NCBI GenBank assembly: GCA_902587755.1
Contig: CACIMN010000001.1
Span: 318,669-382,668 of the forward strand
Direction: 5' to 3'
Length of the DNA stretch: 64,000 nt
Source of the DNA: an uncultured Pelagibacteraceae bacterium
Lineage (GTDB): Bacteria; Pseudomonadota; Alphaproteobacteria; Pelagibacterales; Pelagibacteraceae
Of this stretch, positions 28,442 through 38,625 are shown in pieces (within the stretch, counting starts at the first letter, position 1; the number at the start of each line of letters is the position of its first letter). Under the pieces are notes generated by a model. The model was given only the letters and a program-made list of their open reading frames with translations. It was not told the DNA's origin and did no database searches. The translations under genes were made by a program, and so were the position numbers.

Positions 28442-29317
28442 TTGAAATATCTATCAAATAAAAACGGGTTTTTAGGAATTGATAATAAATTTAGCTTTAA
28501 AGAAAAAGCTGTGATTATTCCATTTGGATTAGAAAAAACTGTCAGTTATGGGGGAGGAACAAGAAATGGACCTAAAGAAATCATAAAAGCATCACATCAA
28601 GTTGAGCTATATGATGAAGAACTTAATTGTGAACCTTATAAAAAAATAGGTATTAAAACTTTAAAACCATTTAAAATTGATAAAAATATTAAAAAAGCAC
28701 TTAATAAAATCTCAAATATTAATAAAGAAATTTTAGATAAAAAGCTTTTCCCAATGACTTTAGGTGGAGAGCATTCAATAACACCTGGATGTATTGTTCC
28801 TTTTATTAAAAAATATAAAGACATTTGTCTCTTACATTTTGATGCTCATGCAGATTTACGTCAAAGTTATAATGGAGAAAAATTTTCCCATGCCTCAGCA
28901 ATTAGAAGGTGTCTAGATTATAAAAATGTTTCTTTAATTTCATTTGGGATAAGAAACATCTCAGAAAGTGAAATCCCATTTTTAAAAAAGAATTCTTCAA
29001 GAATAAATATTTTTTGGGCAAAAGATAAAAAAAAATGGAATTTATCTAAATTTAAAAAACTGATTAAAAACAAAACTGTTTATCTTACATTTGATGTAGA
29101 CGGACTAGATTCAAGTATTATGCCTGCAACTGGTACACCTGAACCAGGAGGGCTTTTGTGGGACGAAACATTAGATATAATAAGAATTGCAGCTAAAAAC
29201 TCCAAAATTGTTGGTGCAGATATTAATGAACTATCTCCAATTAAAGGATTTAATTCTTATAATTTTCTTGTTGCAAAATTAGCTTATAAAATTTTGTCTT
29301 ATAAATTCTTATATTAA
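28442..29317 (+). CDS. speB: Agmatinase/ureohydrolase family protein
   Basis: Arginase-fold Mn motifs GGEHSIT, FDAHADL and FDVDGLD. TTG start 2 nt after the DHS-like stop. The true substrate is not determinable from sequence. Confidence 0.8.
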   Translation: MKYLSNKNGFLGIDNKFSFKEKAVIIPFGLEKTVSYGGGTRNGPKEIIKASHQVELYDEELNCEPYKKIGIKTLKPFKIDKNIKKALNKISNINKEILDKKLFPMTLGGEHSITPGCIVPFIKKYKDICLLHFDAHADLRQSYNGEKFSHASAIRRCLDYKNVSLISFGIRNISESEIPFLKKNSSRINIFWAKDKKKWNLSKFKKLIKNKTVYLTFDVDGLDSSIMPATGTPEPGGLLWDETLDIIRIAAKNSKIVGADINELSPIKGFNSYNFLVAKLAYKILSYKFLY

Positions 29318-29868
29318 ACTTTAATTGGTTTAATAGTTTTCAGTAAGATTCTGAATGGTATCAACATTATTATAGCAACTAAAATTTTTACCGCTAAATC
29401 TCCAAGAGATAAAGTAACCCAAGGCACCCCTGTTGCATAAAATGATATTGAGAAAAATAAAAATGTGTCGACTGTTGATCCAATCAAAGATGAAGTAAGA
29501 GGTGCAACAAACCACTCTTTTTTTCTTAATCGATCAAAAATTTGAATATCTAACAATTGAGCGGTAATAAAAGCTACCCCCGATCCAATTGCAATTCTAA
29601 CTGAGATTAAATCTGCAAAATCAGTTGAAAATAACAATGTAAATATAATTCCTATTAAAAAGCCCAAATATACAATTTGCCTTGCTAATAATTTTCCATA
29701 AGACCTATTTGCTAAATCTGTTATTAAAAAAGCTATTGGGTAACTAAAAGCTCCATAAGTTAAAATCTCATTTAATCCAAAATAGTTTATTGGGAACTGG
29801 ACTAAATAATTAGAAGATAGTACGACAACCCCCATCATTATAGATAGGCTAATAAATAATTTGTTCAT
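29314..29868 (-). CDS. yhhQ: Queuosine-precursor transporter (YhhQ/VUT, DUF165)
   Basis: 184 aa with six TM helices. The N-terminal block LVQFPINYFG...TYGAFSYPIAFLITDL is typical of YhhQ. Confidence 0.8.
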   Translation of the reverse strand: MNKLFISLSIMMGVVVLSSNYLVQFPINYFGLNEILTYGAFSYPIAFLITDLANRSYGKLLARQIVYLGFLIGIIFTLLFSTDFADLISVRIAIGSGVAFITAQLLDIQIFDRLRKKEWFVAPLTSSLIGSTVDTFLFFSISFYATGVPWVTLSLGDLAVKILVAIIMLIPFRILLKTIKPIKV

Positions 29869-30179
29869 TAAGCCGATTTAGCTACGGGTTTCTTTTTAAA
29901 AGGGGATTTAATTAAAACTACTTTTTTTAACTTTTTTAATCTAGGAGATAAATTTTTATTTTTTACAGTTTTTAAAAACTCATCAAAACTACCTTTTTTA
30001 TCAACCGACCTTACACCTGAGTTGCTTACAGTAAGTTTTAAACTTCTTCCAGTAAGCTCACTTGTAAATTTTACTTTTTTAAGATTGGGTAAAAATCTTC
30101 TTTTAGTCTTGTTGTTAGCATGACTAACATTATGACCTTTCATAGGAATTTTACCGGTAAGTTCGCATTTTTTTGACAT
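29868..30179 (-). CDS. rpmB: 50S ribosomal protein L28
   Basis: [10 protein letters not shown]...[19 protein letters not shown], with a Lys-rich C-terminal extension. Confidence 0.93.
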   Translation of the reverse strand: MSKKCELTGKIPMKGHNVSHANNKTKRRFLPNLKKVKFTSELTGRSLKLTVSNSGVRSVDKKGSFDEFLKTVKNKNLSPRLKKLKKVVLIKSPFKKKPVAKSA

Positions 30180-30231
30180 AATAACAGTGCCTATATAAGG
30201 GGAGATATTGAAGGCGTCAAGTTTAATACAT

Positions 30232-31284
30232 TTAAGAAATAGTTTTATTTCCTACAATTTCTGTGAAATTTTTGACGCCATCTCTTATTAGTAATTCTTT
30301 TAAGTCTTTTTTAATGATGCCAGCAATATTAGGCCCTTGAAATACCATGCCGGTATACAATTGAACATAATCTGCTCCTAATAAAAACTTATCATAAGCT
30401 GCTTTACCAGAGTCAACACCGCCTACTCCAATAATTTTGATTTTACCCTTAATTAAATTATAGAATTTACTTATTAAGAGATTTGATTTTTTTTCAATAG
30501 GTTTTCCAGATAAGCCACCTTTTTGATGTCTCTGTATATTTTGAAGTGTTTCTCGAGAAGCTTCGGAGGTATTTGAAATTATTATTGCTTTTATTTCATT
30601 TTCTAAAAGTATTTCTGAAATTAAGTCAATTTGATTTTCACTTATATCTGGTGAAATTTTTACAGCTACAGGAATTCCAGATTTTAATTTTTTTTTTTTC
30701 TCTGAGACAGATTTTAACAACTCTCTCAATTTATTCTCCTCATGAAAATTTCTAAGATTTTCTGTATTTGGTGAAGAAATATTAATTGTAATATAATCTG
30801 CAACTTCAGAAAATTTTTCTAATCCAATTAGATAGTCATTCAATCTATCATTAGAATCTTTGTTAGGACCTACGTTTACACCTAGTACACCTAGTTTTTT
30901 ATTAGATTTTATTCTGTTTAATATTGTATCTGATCCATGGTTGTTAAAACCTAGCCTATTAATTAATGCTTGATCTTCTACCAATCTAAACACTCTTGGT
31001 TTTTCATTCCCATATTGTTTTAGTGGTGTAACCGTACCTACTTCAACAAATCCAAAACCCAACTTAAATAAAGGGTTGTATACCTCGGCATTCTTATCGA
31101 AACCTGCTGCAATACCTATGGGATTATCAAGATTTTGATTAAATAGTTTTGTTTTTAAAATAGGATCATTTTTGCTTTCATCAAATATATTTGAAACTAA
31201 ATTAAGTTTAAGTGATTGAATTGCTAAAAAATGTGCTCTTTCAGGATCTATTTTGAATATTAATGATCTTAAATTTGAATACAT
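30232..31284 (-). CDS. pyrD: Dihydroorotate dehydrogenase (quinone), class 2
   Basis: 350 aa with [21 protein letters not shown], the NISSPNT active-site loop and GVGGV. Confidence 0.93.
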   Translation of the reverse strand: MYSNLRSLIFKIDPERAHFLAIQSLKLNLVSNIFDESKNDPILKTKLFNQNLDNPIGIAAGFDKNAEVYNPLFKLGFGFVEVGTVTPLKQYGNEKPRVFRLVEDQALINRLGFNNHGSDTILNRIKSNKKLGVLGVNVGPNKDSNDRLNDYLIGLEKFSEVADYITINISSPNTENLRNFHEENKLRELLKSVSEKKKKLKSGIPVAVKISPDISENQIDLISEILLENEIKAIIISNTSEASRETLQNIQRHQKGGLSGKPIEKKSNLLISKFYNLIKGKIKIIGVGGVDSGKAAYDKFLLGADYVQLYTGMVFQGPNIAGIIKKDLKELLIRDGVKNFTEIVGNKTIS

Positions 31285-32846
31285 TATTTCAATTTACTAA
31301 TTATCAACTCTTTTGTTTCGTTAACACCGAAAAAACTTATAAAAAAACCCATTCTAGGTCCATTTTCATCTCCAAATACCACTTCATAAATTAATTTAAA
31401 CCAATCTCTTAAGTTTTCTGCATACCCATTCTCTTTGCCTGTTGAATATATTAATGTTTGTATATCCTCAGGAGACATCTGATCATTACATTGTTCTAAA
31501 GTTTTAACTAAAGCTTGTAGAGCTAATTTTTCATTTTCAGATGGATTTTTATATTTTTTTTGAGCCCTAATAACATCATTAAAATACTTGATTGCATAAC
31601 CAACTAGTCCATCAAAAATTGGAAAGCTTTTTTCATGAATGTTAGATTTATATTTTTTAACAAACTTCCATAATAAATCTTTGTTATCAGCATTGCTTGT
31701 CTCAACTAAATTCAACAACATAGAAAAAGACATAATCATCTCTTCTTTTGGAATATTGCCATTGTGAACATGCCAAACAGGATTCATTACCAGTTGTTGT
31801 TCTGTTTGTTTTTTTGATTTTTCAATATTATCAAGGTACTCATCTACAGCTTTTGGCACTATTTCATTATAAAGTTTTTTAGCTCTTTTTGGATTTTGAT
31901 ACATGTATAAGGATAAGCTTTCAGGTGAGGCATATTTTAACCACTGGTCGATAGTAATACCATTTCCTTTAGATTTTGAAATTTTTTCACCCTTTTCATC
32001 AAGAAATAATTCGTAAGCAAATCCAGATGGATGTTTTTTACCGATTAAATTTATAATTTTAGTTGATAAAATTGCACTCTCAATAAGGTCTTTTCCATAC
32101 ATTTCAAAATCTATATCTAGAGCATACCATCTCATTGCCCAATCAACTTTCCATTGTAGTTTACAATTTCCATCCAAAATACTAGATTCTAATTTTTTAC
32201 CCTTATTATCAAAAATTATTTTAGAATTTTTTTTATCAATTTCTATAACTGGAATTTCGAGAACATGACCTGTATCTGGACAAATAGGTAAAAAAGGACA
32301 GTAAGTTTGTTGACGTTCTTTACCTAAAGTTGGAAGTATAATATTCATTATACCATCATAATTTTCTAAAATAATTTTTAAAGTTGGGTTGAAAAAACCA
32401 CCTTTGTATAAAGATGTTGAGCTTTTAAAGCTGTATTTAAAATTAAAACTATTTAAAAAATCTTTTAACATTTCATTATTATGTTCTCCAAAACTTCCAA
32501 ATTTTTCAAATGGATCTGGAACTTGTGTTAATGGTTTATGTAGATTTTTATTTAGCAATTCCTGATTAGGAACATTATCAGGAACTTTTCTTAGACCATC
32601 CATGTCATCAGAGAAAGTAATTATTTCTGCTGGTAAATCTGTAAGTTGCTTTAAAGCATTAACCATCATTGAGGTCCTTGCAACTTCTCCAAATGTTCCA
32701 ATATGAGGAAGGCCACTTGGGCCATATCCTGTTTGAAGAGTAATTTTACCTTTTTTATCAATAAATGATTTTCTTTCTCGAAGCATTTTTTTTGCTTCAA
32801 CGAAAGGCCAAGCACTTGTTTTGTCTAAAATTTCTTTTTTAATCAC
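31284..32846 (-). CDS. lysK: Lysyl-tRNA synthetase, class I
   Basis: 520 aa with an HIGH-type motif (PSGLPHIGTFGEV) and a KMSKS-type motif (KISKSKGNG). GTG start. The class I enzyme is typical of alphaproteobacteria. Confidence 0.93.
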   Translation of the reverse strand: MIKKEILDKTSAWPFVEAKKMLRERKSFIDKKGKITLQTGYGPSGLPHIGTFGEVARTSMMVNALKQLTDLPAEIITFSDDMDGLRKVPDNVPNQELLNKNLHKPLTQVPDPFEKFGSFGEHNNEMLKDFLNSFNFKYSFKSSTSLYKGGFFNPTLKIILENYDGIMNIILPTLGKERQQTYCPFLPICPDTGHVLEIPVIEIDKKNSKIIFDNKGKKLESSILDGNCKLQWKVDWAMRWYALDIDFEMYGKDLIESAILSTKIINLIGKKHPSGFAYELFLDEKGEKISKSKGNGITIDQWLKYASPESLSLYMYQNPKRAKKLYNEIVPKAVDEYLDNIEKSKKQTEQQLVMNPVWHVHNGNIPKEEMIMSFSMLLNLVETSNADNKDLLWKFVKKYKSNIHEKSFPIFDGLVGYAIKYFNDVIRAQKKYKNPSENEKLALQALVKTLEQCNDQMSPEDIQTLIYSTGKENGYAENLRDWFKLIYEVVFGDENGPRMGFFISFFGVNETKELIISKLK

Positions 32847-32937
32847 GAATATATCTTTTATAAAAATCTTAAATTGGCGATTTTATTAATTCTTATAGAG
32901 TTGAAATTTATTTACCATAAAATAATGTTCTTTCAAA

Positions 32938-34377
32938 ATGTCTAATTATAAAACTGTTTTTTTTACACTAGGAATTTTGCAAATAATTTTAGGGATCTCA
33001 ATGTTCATCCCTATAATTGCTCAATTTATTTATTCAGAAATAGATTCATCATTTTTTGGTGCATCTATTGTTACTATAATTTTTGGATCATTATTTTTTC
33101 TTTCAAATCTAGACCACGACAAAAAATTAAATTTGCAACAAGCATTTTTATTAACTGCCTTGTCATGGTTAAGTATTGCTATTTTTGGATCTTTACCATT
33201 TATATTTTCGACTATTGAACTTTCAATTACTGATGCTTTTTTTGAAAGTATGTCTGGTATTACAACAACTGGATCAACAATTATTTCTGACTTAGAGAAT
33301 ACACCAAAAGGTATTCTATTATGGAGAGCAATACTTCAATGGTTGGGGGGTATTGGTATAATTGTTATGGCAATTACCCTGATGCCTATAATGAATGTTG
33401 GTGGTATGCAATTATTTAAAATTTCTAGCAACGACTCATCTGAAAAAATTCTTCCTAAATCAAAAGAAATAGCTTTAAGACTTATTTATATTTATTCAGG
33501 CCTAACTGCTCTTTGTGCGTTATCATATTGGGTATTTGGAATGGGAAAATTTGATAGTTTAACTCATTCTATGACTACCATAGCTACAGGTGGATTTTCT
33601 AATTATAATCAATCTATCGGATATTTTGACAGTGTTCTTATAGAAATATCATCGATGATTTTTATAATTTTAGGAAGTATTCCATTTATTGCATATATTA
33701 AATTTATTAGTGGTAATAAAAAAATATTTTTAAACGATATTCAAATCAGAACATTTATTAAAATAATAATTATAAGCATAATTATATTATCAATTTATTT
33801 ATTATTTAATAATAACGGAAACTTTAGTTTAAGATCTATTTTTTTTAATACAATTTCAATATTGACTGGAACAGGTTATGTAAATGCTGAATTCGACGGT
33901 TGGGGAAGTTTTCCTATATCAATATTTCTTGCATTAATGTTTATTGGGGGCTGTGCTGGATCAACTACTTGTGGAGTCAAAATTTTTAGAATTCAAATTC
34001 TATATTTATTTATATTAAATCAATTAAAAAAAATTATATATCCCAAGGGAATATTTATTATTAAATACGATCAAGGATCTGTTGATGATAAATTTATTGC
34101 ATCAATAATTTCATTTATTTATTTTTACTTTGTTATTTTTTTTATTTTAGCTGCATTATTATCATTAACTGGTCTTGATTTTATAACCGCTATCTCTGGA
34201 GCGGCAACATCAATATCAAATGTTGGTCCTGGTTTAGGGCCTATTATCGGGCCTAATGGAGATTTTTCATCTTTGCCCGATATTTCTAAATGGATCTTAA
34301 CTGTAGGTATGATTTTAGGTAGACTTGAGTTGTTTGCAATATTAGTATTGTTCTTACCATCTTTTTGGAGAAATTAA
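32938..34377 (+). CDS. trkH: Trk-type potassium uptake protein TrkH
   Basis: 479 aa polytopic membrane protein with selectivity-filter-like MSGITTTG, TIATGGF and TGTGY repeats. Confidence 0.92.
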   Translation: MSNYKTVFFTLGILQIILGISMFIPIIAQFIYSEIDSSFFGASIVTIIFGSLFFLSNLDHDKKLNLQQAFLLTALSWLSIAIFGSLPFIFSTIELSITDAFFESMSGITTTGSTIISDLENTPKGILLWRAILQWLGGIGIIVMAITLMPIMNVGGMQLFKISSNDSSEKILPKSKEIALRLIYIYSGLTALCALSYWVFGMGKFDSLTHSMTTIATGGFSNYNQSIGYFDSVLIEISSMIFIILGSIPFIAYIKFISGNKKIFLNDIQIRTFIKIIIISIIILSIYLLFNNNGNFSLRSIFFNTISILTGTGYVNAEFDGWGSFPISIFLALMFIGGCAGSTTCGVKIFRIQILYLFILNQLKKIIYPKGIFIIKYDQGSVDDKFIASIISFIYFYFVIFFILAALLSLTGLDFITAISGAATSISNVGPGLGPIIGPNGDFSSLPDISKWILTVGMILGRLELFAILVLFLPSFWRN

Positions 34378-34379
34378 TT

Positions 34380-35756
34380 ATGTCTGAAACAAAGAAACAA
34401 ACATGGCTTGATTCTCTTGCAGTTTATAAAGATATTCGAATGGTAAGAATTCTTTTATTAGGTGCAATAAGTGGATTTCCATGGGTATTAATTGCAAGTA
34501 GCTTGAGCCTTTGGCTTAAAGAAGAAGGTCTTAGTAGATCAACAATTGGATGGGCAGGTTTAATTTTTGGAGTATACGCTTTCAATTATTTGTGGGCTCC
34601 CATTATAGATAGAATTCAAATTCCAATACTTACAAAAAAATTAGGTCATAGAAGAGGATGGATAGTTTTGATGCAATTAATAATTTTATTAAGTCTTGTT
34701 GTTTGGAGTGTGATTAATCCAACCGAAAATTTGGCTTTATTAATTACTGTAGGTTTAATTATTGCTATCGCGTCAGCAACCCAAGATATAACTGTGGATG
34801 CATTAAGAATTGAACAGATAAATGAAAATGAAGGAAAATCAATGGCTGCAGGTGCAGCCATGGCTGTTGTTGGTTGGTGGACAGGTTATAAATTAGGTGG
34901 AGTTGTTGCTTTATTTACGGCAGAATTTTTTGAAAACCTAGGGGTAGCTGACTACTGGCAAGCTACTTTTTTAATTTTAGGTATTTTAATAATTTTAATG
35001 AATATTGGATTAATGTTTGTTCATGAACCTGTGGAGACAAACAGACAAGCAAAACAGAGAGAAACAGACAAATTAATAGAGGGAAAACTTGGATCTAGCA
35101 ATATTATTACAAACTTTATCGCTTATATTACAGGAACTATAGGCGGACCTATTATTAGTTTTTTTAGAAAAAATGGTTTTGCCATTGCAGCTGGAATTTT
35201 AGGATTTGTTTTTTTATTTAAGATAGGTGAGGCATTTATGGGAAGAATGTCTATTGTTTTTTATAAAGAAATTGGTTTCTCCAAAGGTCAAATTGCAATT
35301 TATTCAAAAGGTCTTGGCTGGATAACAACAGTAGTATTTACTTTGTTGGGTGGAGTAATGGCCATGAGAGCTGGAACAATTAAAACTATGTTCTTTGCTG
35401 GTGGGTTAATGGCTATAACCAATCTTTTATTTGCAGTTTTAGCATGGACTGGAAAATCAGAAATTTTATTTGCAATTGCGGTTATAGCTGATGATATCAC
35501 AGCAGCTTTTGCAACTGTAGCATTTGTTGCATTTATATCATTACTAGTTGATAGAACTTATACAGCCACACAATATGCTTTGCTTGCTTCAATTGGTACT
35601 GCTGGTCGTACTACTTTAGCTTCATCCTCAGGAGCTCTAGTTGACTGGTTAAACGGAGATTGGGGAACATTTTTTGTTTTAACGACTATAATGGTGATAC
35701 CATCATTAATTTGTTTGTGGTTAATTAAAAACAAAATTAAAATTGGTGCAAAATAA
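34380..35756 (+). CDS. ampG: Muropeptide permease AmpG (MFS)
   Basis: MFS protein with an AmpG-like N-terminus (LLGAISGFPWVL..LWLKEEG). The ATG at 34380 is preferred over the track TTG at 34365. Confidence 0.82.
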   Translation: MSETKKQTWLDSLAVYKDIRMVRILLLGAISGFPWVLIASSLSLWLKEEGLSRSTIGWAGLIFGVYAFNYLWAPIIDRIQIPILTKKLGHRRGWIVLMQLIILLSLVVWSVINPTENLALLITVGLIIAIASATQDITVDALRIEQINENEGKSMAAGAAMAVVGWWTGYKLGGVVALFTAEFFENLGVADYWQATFLILGILIILMNIGLMFVHEPVETNRQAKQRETDKLIEGKLGSSNIITNFIAYITGTIGGPIISFFRKNGFAIAAGILGFVFLFKIGEAFMGRMSIVFYKEIGFSKGQIAIYSKGLGWITTVVFTLLGGVMAMRAGTIKTMFFAGGLMAITNLLFAVLAWTGKSEILFAIAVIADDITAAFATVAFVAFISLLVDRTYTATQYALLASIGTAGRTTLASSSGALVDWLNGDWGTFFVLTTIMVIPSLICLWLIKNKIKIGAK

Positions 35757-36492
35757 TTTTTATTTCATAGGTAATTTTTCGAATATTTACAAAAATCCCT
35801 CGAAAAGATCTGAGATAACTTCACAAATTATACATGGTGAAAAATTCAAAATATTAGCAAAAAACAAAAATTGGATAAAAATTAAAACTTTATTTGATAA
35901 TTATAGGGGGTTTATGAAAAATTCAAAATATATAGAAAAATTTAGCCCCAATTATAAAGTCAGTTCACTAAAAGCAAAGATTTATAAAAAACCTGGAATT
36001 GGAACTAGCAGTTGGCTTCCACTTGCATCCAAATTATCTGTATTTGAACAAAATAAGAATTACGTAAAAATTGAAAAAAATAAATGGATTAAAAAAGCAG
36101 ATATTAAAAAAATAAACCATAAAGAAAATAATTTTACAAAAATATTTAAAAAATTTCTCGATGTAAAATATGTTTGGGGTGGAAAAACATTTAAAGGTAT
36201 TGATTGTTCGGCCTTATTGCAAATATTTTATTGTTATAATAATTCTTTTTATCCAAGAGATACAAAAGATCAGATCAAATATACAAAAAAGAACTCAAAG
36301 AAAAGACTATTTAAAAAAGGAGATATTATTTTTTGGAAAGGTCATGTTGCTATGTGTTTAAATTCTAAACAACTAATTCATGCTTATGGTCCAGAAAGAA
36401 AAGTAATTATTATGCCAATTATAGAAACAATTAATAGAATTGAAAAAACTGCCAAGCTAAAGGTAAAAAAAGTATCTAGAATAAAATATTAA
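35743..36492 (+). CDS. NlpC/P60 (C40) cell-wall peptidase with N-terminal SH3-like region
   Basis: Catalytic Cys in GIDCSALLQ and His in GHVAMC...HAYG. TTG start overlaps the ampG 3' end by 14 nt. Confidence 0.75.
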   Translation: MVQNNFYFIGNFSNIYKNPSKRSEITSQIIHGEKFKILAKNKNWIKIKTLFDNYRGFMKNSKYIEKFSPNYKVSSLKAKIYKKPGIGTSSWLPLASKLSVFEQNKNYVKIEKNKWIKKADIKKINHKENNFTKIFKKFLDVKYVWGGKTFKGIDCSALLQIFYCYNNSFYPRDTKDQIKYTKKNSKKRLFKKGDIIFWKGHVAMCLNSKQLIHAYGPERKVIIMPIIETINRIEKTAKLKVKKVSRIKY

Positions 36493-37385
36493 TTTCTTCC
36501 AAAGTCAGGCTTGTCTATATCTTGTTTCAATTTGATGATTTTTGACCTTACTTTTTTAGTCTGAATAAGTTTCTTTACGATAGATTTATTATTTTTTGAA
36601 TTTATATCTTTTTTAAATTGATTTAAATTTTTTATAAATAAATCAATGGCTCTTGAAATATTATTTTTATTATTAAAAAAAATATCTCTCCACATGATTT
36701 CATTTGATGCTGCAATCCTAGAAAAATCTCGTAATCCGCCAGCGCTATATTTGATTAGGTCATAATTTTGTTTTTTCTCAAAATCTTGTGCAGATTTCAC
36801 CAGATTATATGCAATTAAGTGCGGTAAATGACTAGTAATAGAAAAAATTTTGTCATGTTTTTCAGCGCTCATAACAACTACTTTTGCTCCAATTTTTTTC
36901 CAAAACCTAGCTAGAATGTTTATATTATTTTTTTTAATATTTTTTTCTTTAATAATTATGCACCATCTATCAGTAAACATATTTTCTTTACCATGCTCTG
37001 GTCCACTGACCTCTGATCCAGCTATCGGATGACTTTGAATCCAATTAATACCTTTCTTTAAAAATTTATTTATAATTTTAGAAGTTTCAATTTTTGAAGA
37101 ACCAATATCTGTAATCAATGTTTTCGATGGTATAAATTTATTAATTTTTAAAATAATATTTTTGTATTCACTCATTGGTGTACAAAAGATGATTAAATCA
37201 GAATTACTTGTACCTTCTTTTAATGATTTAACAATTGTTCCAGGTAATTTTAATCTTTTTATCTTAGCAATATTTGATTTTGATTTTTCATAAATAAATA
37301 TTTTTTTTGCTATTTTTTTTTTGCTAATACGCCTTAATAAAGATGAACCTAATAATCCACAGCCAATAATTAAAATATTTTTCAT
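36489..37385 (-). CDS. tyrC: Prephenate/arogenate (cyclohexadienyl) dehydrogenase
   Basis: Rossmann motif IIGCGLLGSSL, plus DIGSSK and SHPIAG blocks. Confidence 0.85.
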   Translation of the reverse strand: MKNILIIGCGLLGSSLLRRISKKKIAKKIFIYEKSKSNIAKIKRLKLPGTIVKSLKEGTSNSDLIIFCTPMSEYKNIILKINKFIPSKTLITDIGSSKIETSKIINKFLKKGINWIQSHPIAGSEVSGPEHGKENMFTDRWCIIIKEKNIKKNNINILARFWKKIGAKVVVMSAEKHDKIFSITSHLPHLIAYNLVKSAQDFEKKQNYDLIKYSAGGLRDFSRIAASNEIMWRDIFFNNKNNISRAIDLFIKNLNQFKKDINSKNNKSIVKKLIQTKKVRSKIIKLKQDIDKPDFGRN

Positions 37386-38467
37386 TTTTTCAATACTTGC
37401 TTAATAACACTCATAAATTTTAAGTTTTCTTTTTTGGATCCAATAGTTAACCTTAATTTATTCTTTATATGATAACCATCTTCTGTTGATCTTAAAATAA
37501 TTCCCTTTTTTTTAAGTTTTTCATAGAGAAATTTTGCTGAATATCTGCATTTTTCAAAATTAAGTAACAAAAAATTTGCTGAAACTGAATTTGAAAAAAT
37601 ATTATATGTCTCAAGAAATTTCTTAATTTTTTCAGAATATAATAAATTATGTTTAATCGATTTATTTATGAAAGCTTTATCCTTCAGTGACTCGGTGGCT
37701 GCTAATTGTGCAATACCATTTAGATTAAATGGTGGTTTTATAACATTTAGCGCATCAACTATTTTTTTTGATCCATATCCCCAACCTACTCTCAGAGAAG
37801 CTAATCCAAACATTTTTGAAAAAGTTCTAAGGATGAAAACATTGTCTTTATTTTTAAATAAATCTAGCCCAGATGAATAATCTTTGTTTTTCATATATTC
37901 TGCATAGGCATCATCTATAACTAGTAAAATTTTTTTATTTAATCTTTTTCTTAATTCTAAAACTTCTTTTTTCGTTAAGTAAGTTCCTGTAGGATTGTTT
38001 GGGTTAGCTATAAAGACAATTTTAGTTTTTTTTGTTATTTTTTTTAAAATTTCATTTACTGAAACTTTAAAATTAATTTCTTTTGCAAATACAACTTTTG
38101 CGCCTACAATTTTTGAGTAAATTCTGTACATTAAAAAACTATACTCTGGTACCACAACCTCATCTTTTGGGTTTAAAAACAACTGACAGAGCATTTGAAT
38201 AACTTCATCTGAACCAGCTCCACAAATAATTTTCTCAGAATTACATTTATAAGCTTTAGATATTGCTTTTCTCAAATTTTGAGATTTTCCATCTGGATAT
38301 TTATCTAAATTAAGATTTTTATTTGATATTATTTTCTTTGCTTTAGGGCTCATACCTAAAGCAGACTCATTTGCAGAAAGTTTAATTACGTTCTTAAGTT
38401 TCTTAACTTTTGATTTACCAGGCTTATAAGCCTCAATATCAAATTTTTTGAAATTTGGAGTTGTCAT
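37382..38467 (-). CDS. hisC: Histidinol-phosphate aminotransferase
   Basis: 361 aa class II aminotransferase with LSANESALG, NPNNPTG and PLP-Lys in RTFSKMFGLA. ATGA overlap with tyrC. Confidence 0.88.
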   Translation of the reverse strand: MTTPNFKKFDIEAYKPGKSKVKKLKNVIKLSANESALGMSPKAKKIISNKNLNLDKYPDGKSQNLRKAISKAYKCNSEKIICGAGSDEVIQMLCQLFLNPKDEVVVPEYSFLMYRIYSKIVGAKVVFAKEINFKVSVNEILKKITKKTKIVFIANPNNPTGTYLTKKEVLELRKRLNKKILLVIDDAYAEYMKNKDYSSGLDLFKNKDNVFILRTFSKMFGLASLRVGWGYGSKKIVDALNVIKPPFNLNGIAQLAATESLKDKAFINKSIKHNLLYSEKIKKFLETYNIFSNSVSANFLLLNFEKCRYSAKFLYEKLKKKGIILRSTEDGYHIKNKLRLTIGSKKENLKFMSVIKQVLKK

Positions 38468-38541
38468 TTTTTTTTAATTTATGTGCTCTTTATAGATAAA
38501 ATTACAAAATTTTATAGAGAATAAGAGGATTTTTTAAAAAA

Positions 38542-38570
38542 TTGACATAATAAATAAGTTCTAGTAAAAA
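38542..38570 (+). promoter_or_regulatory. Candidate sigma70-type promoter for the riboswitch-metXW transcript
   Basis: TTGACA (38542-38547), a 17-nt spacer, then TAAAAA (38565-38570). The predicted start near 38577 coincides with the first base of the riboswitch P1 stem. The -10 element is weak. Confidence 0.35.
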
Positions 38571-38576
38571 AATTAT

Positions 38577-38625
38577 GCGCTGATTTAACTGAATTGCGAG
38601 CGCTTAAAAAAAACCGCTAAAATAG
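38577..38625 (+). promoter_or_regulatory. SAM-II (metA/metX-element, SAM_alpha-type) riboswitch aptamer
   Basis: GCGCUGAUUUAACUGAAUUGCGAGCGCUUAAAAAAAACCGCUAAAAUAG. P1 pairs GCGCU (38577-81) with AGCGC (38599-603). The loop carries GAUUU and UUGCG, and the 3' tail CGCUAAAA can pair back into the loop as an H-type pseudoknot. This matches the remembered SAM-II consensus (GAUUU..UUGC..GCUU-A-rich-GCUAAA), and the site is the classic one upstream of alphaproteobacterial metX. Confidence 0.72.

Noticed and set aside
38489-38518. Direct repeat of TTTATAGA, 22 bp apart, in the hisC/metX divergent spacer.
   Set aside because: A rough expectation for a repeated AT-rich 8-mer within about 190 bp of this composition is of order one. 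There is no dyad symmetry and no supporting regulator.
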